Source: a virus (taxonomy: Duplodnaviria > Caudoviricetes). Taken from it: a stretch of DNA of 64,000 bases. Position 1 is the stretch's first letter. Each line of letters begins with the position of its first letter. Positions 30,366-41,700 of this stretch are shown here, piece after piece. The stretch covers positions 1 to 64,000 of the IMG/VR virus record IMGVR_UViG_3300028591_000126. One strand, given 5' to 3'. The notes under the pieces are model-generated. The model saw only the letters and a list, made by a program, of their open reading frames with translations. It ran no database searches and was not told the DNA's origin. Both the position numbers and the translations under genes were made by a program.

Positions 30366-31253
30366 TTATAGCAAGCTATTTGCAATAATATTTGCTTTTA
30401 AGTCTAATAAACAATTTGATATTTTAGCTCTAAGCTTTGCACTTGGTAACTCCTTTATATCATTAATAACTTCACTTACTTTTGATACTGATACAGTATA
30501 TCTATCTGCAAAGTAGTTAAGATAAACATCGTCAAGTTCCAATAAGTTTTTCTTTAAACGTGTTAATGAAAATTCACGGTATATTTTAACATCTTTTCCT
30601 GACTCTGTTTTTGTTACTTCTTTTGTTACTTTTTCAGAATCTGCAAAAGCGATATTATCAATGACTAAAGCTGTTAATAATTTATCTTTACTAATATATT
30701 CTCTAATTAATGATTCAACTTTACTTAAAGCTCTTCTCATTGGCATTGGTGCTGCTAACTTATCTTCTAAAGTTTGACCCCTGCTTTCATTATCATTTTT
30801 ATTATTCTTTAATATTGCATTAAATGAAGCAGTATTATAATTAGCTGAATTCTTATCTAAATTTGAGAAGTAAAATAAATTTAAAATTTCAGTTGAAATA
30901 CATTGATTTATTGCTTGTTGAGCTGATGTATGCTTGTCAGGATTTTGCCATGCACAGTAATCAAATGCTCTAAGTACACCTTTAGTGATAACATCAATTG
31001 CACCAGTTTCACCTAATTTTAATGTATAAATTTTTCTTTCAATTTCAGGTCTTCTATAAATAAAGTTAATAGTAAGAGCACCAAAGTATAAATTATAGTT
31101 ATAACTGTCCTTATTATCTATTGCTTCCTTCATCTTATTTGCAATATAATCAATTTGCTCCTTCTTAGAAAGTGACTCATCAAGCTTAACCTTATCTGCA
31201 TAAACTTTTAAATCATCCACCCACATTTTAAAAATATCAGTTTTATTTGCCAT
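30366..31253 (-). CDS. Hypothetical protein
   Basis: 295-aa ORF with RBS and SigA-type promoter. Confidence 0.7.
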   Translation of the reverse strand: MANKTDIFKMWVDDLKVYADKVKLDESLSKKEQIDYIANKMKEAIDNKDSYNYNLYFGALTINFIYRRPEIERKIYTLKLGETGAIDVITKGVLRAFDYCAWQNPDKHTSAQQAINQCISTEILNLFYFSNLDKNSANYNTASFNAILKNNKNDNESRGQTLEDKLAAPMPMRRALSKVESLIREYISKDKLLTALVIDNIAFADSEKVTKEVTKTESGKDVKIYREFSLTRLKKNLLELDDVYLNYFADRYTVSVSKVSEVINDIKELPSAKLRAKISNCLLDLKANIIANSLL

Positions 31254-32295
31254 AATAACATATCTCCCTTCGAATTTAAATTTATATTTATATTATAGCA
31301 TAAAAAATACTATTTGTAAATAGCTAAAATATATTTTTTTAAATTATTTTTTATTTTCATATATATTATATATTAAAATTATTAAAATGTAAATAGCTAT
31401 TAGTAAAAAAATAAAAAGATCAGCAATAATATTGATGACCTATTTTATTCAAACTATTAAATTTTTAACCTAAGCATTTAATTGCTTTAATAGCTCTACC
31501 AGGAAATTCTTCCATAAGAGCTGCTTTTAATTCGGCCTCATCTTCAGCAAATCTAGTAATTGAGATACCATCACTGAAAGATACAAGATACATTTTCATA
31601 AGTAGTTTCTCCTAACTATTAAAATATACCTTAAATTTAGCAAATAAAATTTAGTTAAAAATACTTATAAAAATATTTTCATAAATATAGTCTTCAGCTT
31701 TTTTAATTATATTTTTTCTCTGCTTAGCTGCAACTTTAACCATTTTTTCTATATCAGCTCTGTCTATTTTAAGTAGTGTTTTTGTGCTAACTTTTGGTTC
31801 TATCGTAGAATCAAATAAAACTTTACCACGTTTACCAACAGTTACTATTGTGACAATTTTATATACAATTTTTAATTCTGTATCAGTTATATACGTTATA
31901 TACTTATTATGAACATGTTCCTCAAATCTAGTTACTTCTAGCATATTAATCAACTACTTTCTTTTTTTCTTTGCTTCTACTACTTCTCTTTGTTTTTCTT
32001 TAAATCTAATAGATTCAAGAGACATTGGCTCTGCATAATCTATCTTAATAATTTTTATTTGACCCTTTAGCTTTATATCTGTATCTTCTATTACATTATA
32101 ATTTAAATAGTCATTTAATCTATTTGATTCTAATGTATTACAAATTATCCATTTATTATCTTTATTATGAAGAGCAATAAAAGTCTCTCTATTAATTCTT
32201 TTTTTACTAATAAACTCTTTAAGTGACATAATTCTACCTCTATATTAATTATACAATAAAAAGAAAAATAAAAAGCTATTTTTGGTTAAATAGCT

Positions 32296-33981
32296 TTATT
32301 TAAAATGTATTTTTAAAAAATTAATTATATCTTTAATAATAATATCAATAGTACTTTTTGCTTCAAAAATATTATTTCTACCACCGTCTATAATTATAGC
32401 AGCTCGGTAAATAATATCCTTTCAACTAGGAACTGTTGAATAATCAAAAGTACTTACTGGCGGAATTCAAATATATATGTAAGATTTTGCTAAGCTAGAC
32501 ATATCTAGATTAAGCTTAGAGCTTAAATTTACTTTTTCCTTAAATTCATTTAAATTAAGTTTAATACTTATATTGTTGTAGCTACTGTTATTATAGCTGT
32601 ATAATGTGCATTGAACAGACTCAACAACATCCTTTTTAGCATAACTATTATCCCTAGCTAAATTACTATTGAAAAATTGTCCAAGAGTTGCTATTGCATT
32701 AAGAACTGCCAATCTTGAATAAAAACGCTGAGTTAAACAAGATGCTAAAATAGATTCTGGCATCTTTTTAATCATAGCTTCTCCTTCAGGAGTTGGCTTG
32801 TAATGATCACCATTATTAAAATAAAGAGTAAAAATTTCAGAAAGTATTAGACTATTAGAAGGTGTAAATGTAAAATCATCAAAATTAACAGAATATTTAT
32901 TACAGAATGCTTGTACTGTAGCATTATTTAATTTTTGATATTGAGATGAGCTTGCTATATTTGTTTTAATCTGAACTAAAAGCCTATGTGCTATATCATC
33001 TCATTCATCATTTATCTGCTGGCTTATTACCCCACTAGCTCTTAAATTTGCTAATTGTTGCTTTAAATTAGCTACTCTAGTACTCTTAAAACCACGCTTA
33101 TCTATTTCTGCTAACATTTCTGCAGCTTTTATTAGAGCAACACCAATTTTTGTTTTATTATAAATATTTATTAATATTTCTGTACAATCTATTAAATCCT
33201 TGAGTCCGATAACTGATAAATTTAAAAATAACTCATTATTTATTAATTTTCGCATTTGCTCTTCAGATACATATTCTTCTGTTAATTGATTATACTCTAA
33301 ATTTTCATTAGCTTTATTTGAATATATGCCTAATATATATTTAACAATATCTTTTGTTAGATTATTTGGTGTGTTGATAAATTGTTTTGAGTCTTTCTGA
33401 TCAATAAATGATACATTACCTTTATAATTAGCAGTTTTTCATGTTGATTTAAAATCTAAAAAATTATCTATATTTGGTATTATTATCTCTATTGATATAA
33501 TAGCATCTTTATTTACAGTACTACCTAATTTTGGTGCGACTAAAAGATATCTAATTGTACCTGGATACACTCTTATTGAGCCTGGAGCAATAACACCCTT
33601 ATAGTTATCAACAAAAAACTTTTTAATTGTAGCCATTATGTTATAAGCAGCAAGTCTTGATAAAAATTGTTCTGCTTCAATACCCGCAAGTTCATCTATA
33701 TTATACTTTAAAAATCTTGAATCTAAGCAGCGCCAGTCACCATTAACTTTATCAAACATACGTAAAAGCAAAATCTCAGGATGACTATTATCTATATATG
33801 TAAATAGTTGTTGATGGTTATCCTTGACCTCATTCATAAAGTCACATACTTCTTTTGTTTTTATAAGGTTATTAAGGTCATTAGCCATCATGGTACCTAG
33901 TAACATTTCTTTTGCTTTTATATAGCTTTGAATTGCAATATCATTAATAGTAGCTTGGTCTTTTATATTTAAGCTTTGCAT
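32296..33981 (-). CDS. Hypothetical 561-aa two-repeat protein with 4 TGA read as Trp
   Basis: Track ORFs 33439, 33001 and 32467 share one frame and are separated only by TGA (33439, 33001, 32467, 32422); ends TAA. Confidence 0.8.
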
Positions 33982-34019
33982 AATTAGTTGTCACCACCTT
34001 ATAGTGATTTAAAAGTGTC

Positions 34020-35374
34020 TTGAACCTTACACAACTAAAATAGTGTAATTCCTACTTCTTAGAGAACAGCTCTGTATGTATACATAAGTACATAATACAA
34101 AGTCTTACAATCTCTCCATAGGCTTGAAATCCCGTAGTTCCTACGGTACTAATTTATTTACTAAATTAACCTTAAAGCTTCATCTAAAATATTTTTAGCA
34201 GCGTTAATATCTCGATCGTTTTCAGATCCACACATAGGACAAGTCCAAAATCTAACACCTAAATCTTTAGTAATTGGAAATTTATTCTTACAACAATTAC
34301 AAGTTTGAGATGAAGCAAAAAATCTTCCAACTTTGACTACTTGAGAATTATATATTCTAGCTTTATAGTTCAGCATAGAGTAAAATTTGTTTCAAGAAAC
34401 ATCATTAATTGATCTAGCTAATTTATGATTTTTAGTTAGCCCTCTAACATTTAAATCTTCAATACCTATAATTTGGTTTTCTCTTACAAGTTTTGTCGAT
34501 TCTTTATGTAGAAAGTCATTTCTCTGATTAACAATTTTTTCATGTAGTCTTGCGACTTTTATTCTAGCCTTTTCCCTATTAGCTGAAGCTTGTTGCTTTT
34601 TAGCTAATTGTTTTTGAAGTCTAGCTAACTTTTTTTGACTTTTATTTAAATACTTAGGGTTATTAACAGTATTGCCATTAGAATCTGTATAAAATTTTTT
34701 TAAGCCAACATCAATACCTACTATACAACCATAATTTTGTAAATTAGGTGATTTAACCTCCGCAATAATACTTACAAAATATTTTCCAGACGGAGTTTGT
34801 TTAATAGAAGCATTTTTTATTTCACCATTTATCTCTCTAGAATATTTAATCTTAAGTAAACCTAATTTTGGAAACTTAAGCTTATTATTGGCAATTCGAA
34901 TATTATTGTTTACATTTTGACTTCTAAAGCTTTTATGATTATTATGCTTAGTTTTGAACTTAGGGAATCCAGAATGAGCTTTGAAAAAATTTTGATATGC
35001 TCTATCTAAATCTCTTAAGCTTTGCTGTAGTGCAATTGAATCAACTTCATTTAGCCATTGAAATTCTTCAGAAGACTTTAGTTCTGCGAGTAGTGAAGAA
35101 GTCGAATTATAGTTAACTTTATTTCCTAATTTATACTGCTTAATCCTAAAATCTAATGCTTGATTATAGACAAATCTACAACAACCGAAAGTCTTTTGAA
35201 TAAGCTCTTCTTGATATTTAGTTGGATAAATACGATATTCAAAACCTTTTAGCATAGTTAAACTCCTAAAAAAAATCAGGATTGCAGTTGCAGCCAACAA
35301 TCCTGATAATTTTATATATCAAAAGTATAAAATACTTTTAATAACATTATATTATACAATATGATAGCTGCAAT
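34020..35374 (-). mobile_element. IS200/IS605-family TnpB-only element (left end uncertain: 35374 or 35317)
   Basis: TTGAT upstream; omega-RNA-like 3' region (GTACCGTAGGAACTACGGGA...AGTAGGAA...hairpin...GGTTCAA) ending in TCAA; no tnpA. Confidence 0.75.
34161..35255 (-). CDS. tnpB: TnpB RNA-guided endonuclease, 364 aa with 1 TGA read as Trp
   Basis: YRIYPT..FGCCRFVYN, RuvC GIDVG / IEDL / DRDINAA, Zn-finger; INDVS*NKFYSMLNYKA puts TGA (34392) at the conserved W of DxSW. Confidence 0.9.
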
Positions 35375-35476
35375 ATCAAAATGTAATTTGTTTAATTACA
35401 TTTTAATTTAGCAAATATAACTAACAAATAATTTTTAATAATTTTGCAAAAATTTATGACACAACTGAAGTAATGT

Positions 35477-36463
35477 CTATTCTTTTCACAAATTATAAAA
35501 ATATTTAACTATTTTTTTAGCCAATTCGTCAGGTGTGCCTTCTAACTGAATATCGTTTGCCTTAGTAGTAACTTCTACTCTTTGCTTTATAGCTCTCCAG
35601 CTCTCTATAGCATTACCATTAAATATACCAGTAAGCTCAATACTAGGGAAGAAACCTACAAATCTAACTTGCTCAAATTCTGCTGGTATACTAGCAAGTG
35701 TTTTTTTATTGGCTGGAAGCAACTTTTTGCACACTGCTGATAAATCCATAGTCATTTGAATAGTTGCTGCATCTAAAAATACATCATTTGTAATAGTGCC
35801 GCCTTGTTGTTCAAAAAAAGATTTAACTGTTAATATAATATTAATTAATGCAAGTCTTGCTAAATAAATCTCTAATACTGCATAACATATCTTAGAGTGT
35901 GTAGTTGAATCTTCTAGCATCCTTTTAACTTTATTATTAAGTGGCTCAAAAGAACCAGAATAACGCCTAAAAATATCTATTAATAGTTGTGATTTATTGG
36001 CACAGTCCAACCACTGTGCTGGTGAGTTATCTATAGCTTCTCTAGCTTTTATATTTAATAATTTCCTAAGTGCATCATTATATCCTTTAACTGTACTTAA
36101 ATAATTTATATCTTTATAAAGTTTATCAGCTAAGGCATCTCAATTAGGAACTACATTTTGTTGAGGTTGTTTTTGAGCTGGTGATTTAATTCCTGCATTA
36201 GCTTTTACATTTTGTAATTGATTCTTAAAATTAGTAGCTACAGTAAAAATGCCTCTGTCAAATAACTCATCTATAAGTAATTTTATTTTTGAAAGAGCTA
36301 CAACATTATGTGTTTTATTAAAAATATCAAATAAAATATTAATATTCCCAATTATTTTATTAGTATCTGCTAGCTTATAAGCGAAGCCACGTGTACCGGC
36401 AATTCACATTGCCATCTTTTGTTGTTGTGTTAATTCTTCAAATAGGATCTTGCTGTATCTCAT
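35477..36463 (-). CDS. Hypothetical 328-aa protein with 3 TGA read as Trp; paralog of 32296-33981
   Basis: ATG at 36463 with GGAGG RBS, in frame with track ORF 35486..36010; only TGA codons interrupt it. Confidence 0.78.
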
Positions 36464-36490
36464 TATCTACCTACCTCCTACTATTAAATG

Positions 36491-37423
36491 CTAATCTATA
36501 TTAGTATCTAAAGTATCATCTAAATATTCATTAATTAAACTATCAGTATAATTTTCACTTTTAAACTTTTTATTATCTATGACACTATTATTTTCTTTAG
36601 CTTCATAAGCAAGCTCAGTGCTATTTACTTCTACATTGTCCACTTTATTTGATGAAGCCTCATGAAGATTTCTAATAAAATAAATTCTACTATTAGCATT
36701 CTTTTCTAATAATTTAACTAAATCTTTAAGTTGATCTTTTTTAGCATCAAATTTACTTGGAACATCTTCTAGCGAAATATCAACATTACCATCTACAAGT
36801 CTTAGTTTTGGTGTATTATTTCCTTTTTCATAATCAAAAATAATTTGTAATCTATTATTATTTTCTTTATTAATAACAGGAACTTCATACCAAACAGATC
36901 CCATATCAGTTACTGGATTATAATCAACATCTACATAAGTATAAGGTTTTGCTAGATTAAGTGCTTCATCTAAATCTTCATCATCATAATCATTACTATA
37001 ATCATCTTCATAGTCTTCATTGTCTTCTTCATCATCATAAGCTGTTTCAATGTCTATGAATTCTGTTTCTCCAGATGGTGTAGTATAAGTAATAGCAATA
37101 GTTCCATCATTATAAGAAATATTAGCTTCACCATTAGCATCAACTAGTATACCTAAATCTGTAATATCTTTTGCAACTAATCTACCGTCACAAATACCAA
37201 TAATACCAGCATCTACTGGAAACTCAAATCCAACATTACTTTCATAACTGCCATCACCATAGGCAGTACCAACCATTGCAAACATTCCATCTGGAGCTTC
37301 ATAAGCACCATCTTCATAATTGTTGGTACCCCAAATACCCTTGTAAACTTCATCAGAAAGTGCATAGCATAAGTCACCTATATACATCTTTCCATTAACA
37401 TTAATTGTAAAGCTTTTATCCAT
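36491..37423 (-). CDS. Hypothetical multi-domain acidic protein (possible processed virion-internal protein)
   Basis: LDEA, LHEA and YTDSLINEY motifs; GCTAAATTA motif at 37475-37483. Confidence 0.65.
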   Translation of the reverse strand: MDKSFTINVNGKMYIGDLCYALSDEVYKGIWGTNNYEDGAYEAPDGMFAMVGTAYGDGSYESNVGFEFPVDAGIIGICDGRLVAKDITDLGILVDANGEANISYNDGTIAITYTTPSGETEFIDIETAYDDEEDNEDYEDDYSNDYDDEDLDEALNLAKPYTYVDVDYNPVTDMGSVWYEVPVINKENNNRLQIIFDYEKGNNTPKLRLVDGNVDISLEDVPSKFDAKKDQLKDLVKLLEKNANSRIYFIRNLHEASSNKVDNVEVNSTELAYEAKENNSVIDNKKFKSENYTDSLINEYLDDTLDTNID

Positions 37424-37729
37424 AAACTTATTCTCCTCATTTTATTATTTATTTAAAATAATTTAATAGCTAATTAATTTAGCAAATAGCAAATAAAAAG
37501 AAGCAAATAAAAAGAAGCTTACTATTTAAGCTCCTTTAAAATACTATAATATACATTACTAATTTTTGGGTAACAATAAGAATCTTCTAATTTACAATCT
37601 TCTAGCTTAATTCTCCTATCTAATAAGTAGTTCAATACTACCTCAGCATCTTCTTTTGAAATACTAATATTTATTTGCTCTTTATTTCCTTTATATTTAA
37701 AATCATTATACATAAAACTACCTCTTATT

Positions 37730-38725
37730 CTACTTCAAAATTTTAGCTAACCATTCATTGAATGTGAAACTTTCTATAATAAGTCCTCTTGCAACAATAT
37801 TAGCTCTTGCCTTATTAATTGCTTGCTTCATTAAATTAGAATCAAGACCTTCTAATAAGTATTTATACTTTAAATAATATTGTTTAACTCTTGGTACTGT
37901 TTTATCCACATACTCTTTATTTTCTTTTAATAACCAGTCAGGTAAATTAAAAGTATAGTAAGCATTAAATATCATATAACAAACATTAAACTTAGCATTA
38001 TCTAATTTATTTCTTAATATAAATTGTTCTACTGTTGCATCTGAGCTGTCAATTAAATTAGTATATGTTTTAAGAATATATTTATCATCGCTTCTACAAA
38101 TTGAACCTGCTCTCCATTTCCATAAATAGAAGGGTTGACTAATATATCTGGTATTAGTTGTAAGTGTTGTTGCAAGACAATTAAAATAACTATCTTCATG
38201 AATAGTTAGCTCATTTTTAAATCTAATTTTATTGTCTATTAAATATTGTCTTCTATAGACCTTACCATGAATAAATACTGAATCTAAACCATCAATGTTC
38301 TTATCACCACGATTAATATAAGTTATTTCATTTGTTTCCTTATTTAATGTTTCTTGAATAAAGGTTGAAACTAAACAATCAAATTCTTTATTCATTTCTC
38401 TAAATATAACCCAAAGAGCACAAACATTTGAAAACATGTCATCACAATCACAAAACATTACATATTCTGCATTTGATTTATCTAATGAGTAATTTCTAGC
38501 GGCTGATACACCTTCATGGTTTTTAATATAATAAGCAATATCAAACTTATAAAAATCTTCACTTAAATTTGCTTTGTCTATAACTTTATCATCACCATCA
38601 TTAGTGATAATAACACCTATATCATTAAAGTTGATGCTCTGCTGGATATTAATTGAATCTAAGAGTGGCTTTAATACTTCAAAACCTTCATTATAATGAG
38701 TTACTAATATCTCTAATTTTTTCAT
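37730..38725 (-). CDS. Glycosyltransferase family 2
   Basis: THYNE, NDG, GVSAARN, FCDCDD and HEDSYFN motifs. Confidence 0.88.
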   Translation of the reverse strand: MKKLEILVTHYNEGFEVLKPLLDSINIQQSINFNDIGVIITNDGDDKVIDKANLSEDFYKFDIAYYIKNHEGVSAARNYSLDKSNAEYVMFCDCDDMFSNVCALWVIFREMNKEFDCLVSTFIQETLNKETNEITYINRGDKNIDGLDSVFIHGKVYRRQYLIDNKIRFKNELTIHEDSYFNCLATTLTTNTRYISQPFYLWKWRAGSICRSDDKYILKTYTNLIDSSDATVEQFILRNKLDNAKFNVCYMIFNAYYTFNLPDWLLKENKEYVDKTVPRVKQYYLKYKYLLEGLDSNLMKQAINKARANIVARGLIIESFTFNEWLAKILK

Positions 38726-41700
38726 ACTGCTACCTACTTAATTTCAATGTCTACCGCACTTCCAACTGATTGCACTATTGTATCAATTTCATTTTCTGAT
38801 AAATCTTCGCCAGCATCATAATCTGTTAATAGTATTTCACACAAATTTACATAATCTAAAGTTTCATAAATAGCATCATTTAATCTTTCCGCTATGTCAT
38901 CTTCAGATAATGGAGCCAATAATTTATCATCATTAATAGTTATAATAATTTGTTTCATTATTGATCCTTCTTATATATTAATATATAATTTCCGTCTTCA
39001 TTTTCTCTCCAGACTTTAGAAATACTTTTGAAGTTTTCCCATTCACTATCTTCATTAACAAGGAAAATATCATTAACAGCATCAGTATCAAACTCATCGC
39101 TTAATACCATTCTAAAATCATTATCCCACCATAATTCAACTATATCACTACGCTTTAAATCTTTAACTGTCATAGGTAATTCTCCAATCTTTATATTCAA
39201 ATTCTTCTTTAATATCTTCTAAATCTTTTGTCTTTTCCTTATCTATCATTATTGGACTACCAAGAATACTTTTTATTAAAGCATCATTAAGTTTGTCATT
39301 TTGCATTTGTAATCTAATATTATATAATTCTGCTTGAAGTGTATTAGCTATTTCTCTTAAGTAGACATTTTTAAGTTCTAATCGTTTATTTTCTTCTCTT
39401 AATCTATCTAATTCTTCTTTTAATTTATTTTGTCTATACATTATTATATTTCTCCTTTAACCAATTTAAAATCAAATCAAAGTCTTTATTTTTAAATATT
39501 GCAATTTCTTTATTACCAGTAGTTTTATCTATATAATCTTTAGGTTGATATATCTCTATAGTTAACCTTATTCTATTTTCATGATCAAAGTTTGATCCAA
39601 AATAAACATTACTATCAACTATATTTACTTTTAAAATATCTAATATTTGTTTTTCTTTATCCGTTACCTCTAATTCCTTATTTACATTTGTAGATTCTAA
39701 TATATCTTTGTTCCACTCTTCTACAATGGCTTTAAATATAGCAAAATTTACATTTTCACATTCATCTGGAATTGTAATAGGTCTTGGAAGAGTTATCTCT
39801 GCTCCTCCGTAAGCAATCTTTTTAACTTCCATAACTTTTGTACCTCTTTCAATAAAAGTAAAGTTTTATTTAACTTTCTCTACTAATCCTGCTTGAATTA
39901 AGTCGAATAATATTTCAACAGCTTGTTGTTGATATTCAAATTCAACATACTCTAAACAAGAAATTCGTCTAGTTTCATTAAAAATCTCAATGTATGAATA
40001 TTGTCTATTCTTTACATAAGGTATAATGTCATATACATAACCATTATGTTCTTTATATTCTTCAAATCCAAATTTTTCTAGTTCTTTTAAATCTACATTA
40101 TCTTTAATTTTTAACATATACTAATACCTTTCCTCTGCTATATTAAATTCAGCTTGATAAGTTATTATTCCAGGTGACCATTGCATCTCTTGTTTTTCTA
40201 CTTTTATCATTGGTTTAATTTGTTCTTCATACAATTTATTACATAATTCTTCTTTTATATACTCTTCTGGTATGCTATATGTATTTAATGCAAATTTATC
40301 TATTGATTTTTGTGCTACTACTTTTCTAATATTTGCATATACTTTTACTGGTTCAATAAATATTTCAGACTCTAATTTGCCACCTAATTTATGTATTAAC
40401 CAAGTTCTAAATTTTCCAGGTTTTTTCATATTAATAATCCCTCTCCCATTCCCAATCGTTGCTTTTTTCTATTAAGTTACTATAATCATCATACCAACGT
40501 TCAATATCAAACATAGGAACATCTGCTAGAATACAATACATTTTATTTATCATATACCTATCTGGTCTTCTTCTAATTGCACTAAATCTAACAGAATATT
40601 CAATAGGATTGTAAGAATGAATAACTTCAATATTATCATATTTATCACGCTCTAAATGTTTACAAATTATTCCTCCATTAACTAATGGTTCTATCATAAC
40701 TGTTTGATATAAATTTATCATTTTATCAAAATCTTCTTTACTTCTCATACTCAATTCCCTCTACTCTATTTATTTTAATAATCTTAATATCATTATTTTT
40801 TCTCACTAGATTATGTCTTTCAAACATTCTACGTCCACATCTTACTGCTTCATCATAAGTATTAAATAATAAATTATCTGAAATGTCTGCAATATTTTTA
40901 GTTAAGTATTTTGGTATATCAAAGTAGCTAATAAATGTTATACCATTAGTTAAATAAAAATTATCAATAGTAATAGTAAAATAAGATTTTATTTTTAATC
41001 TAGGTCCAGTTATTTCCATAACCTATTCACTCCTACCTTTTATTTATTTAATATAAACTACTACTTCAACACTATACTCATTATATGCTGGACAAGTATA
41101 CCAGTTAAACCAAATACTATTTAAATAATATTGTTCTGACTTTAATTCTGTTTTAAATTCTTTTACTTCTTTATTATATTCTACAACTGCAATACTCTTT
41201 GCTTTATCATCTGTTATAGTTTGAATATAATTATAGTCTGATTGTATTGCTTCAATTTTTTGATCTAAATAAATTCTTGCCTTATTTTTTACTGAAGGAA
41301 CATTAGATGTTATTGCTACAGTGCTACAAATAATAATACCTAGTACTGCTATAAATGAAAGAATCCCACCTGCTATAAATGAAATATAATAAGGAATAGA
41401 ATCCCAGTCAATTTTTTCTTTTAAAATTAATAAACCTATTCCAACTAATAATACAACTGCAAATAAAATAAATAATAACATAATTTCCTATTCTCCTTTG
41501 TCCGCATATTTCTTTAGCAACTCAAATTCTTCTTCAGTAAGCCACAAATCTTTTCTTAATAAATATTTTTCCTTACTTATACAGTAATCTTTATAGTTCT
41601 TATAAAGTTTAATGAGTTCTATATCAACATTCTTTTCAAATATAACATTAAGCACCTTTTCTTGCTCTTGTGCTTTAAGTAAGGCTTGTGCGATAGTATC

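Noticed and set aside
18828-36463. Lipase, phoH, tnpB and neighbours as pseudogenes
   Set aside because: Every break is an in-frame TGA with no frameshifts, TAA or TAG; catalytic motifs are intact and several TGAs sit at conserved Trp sites.
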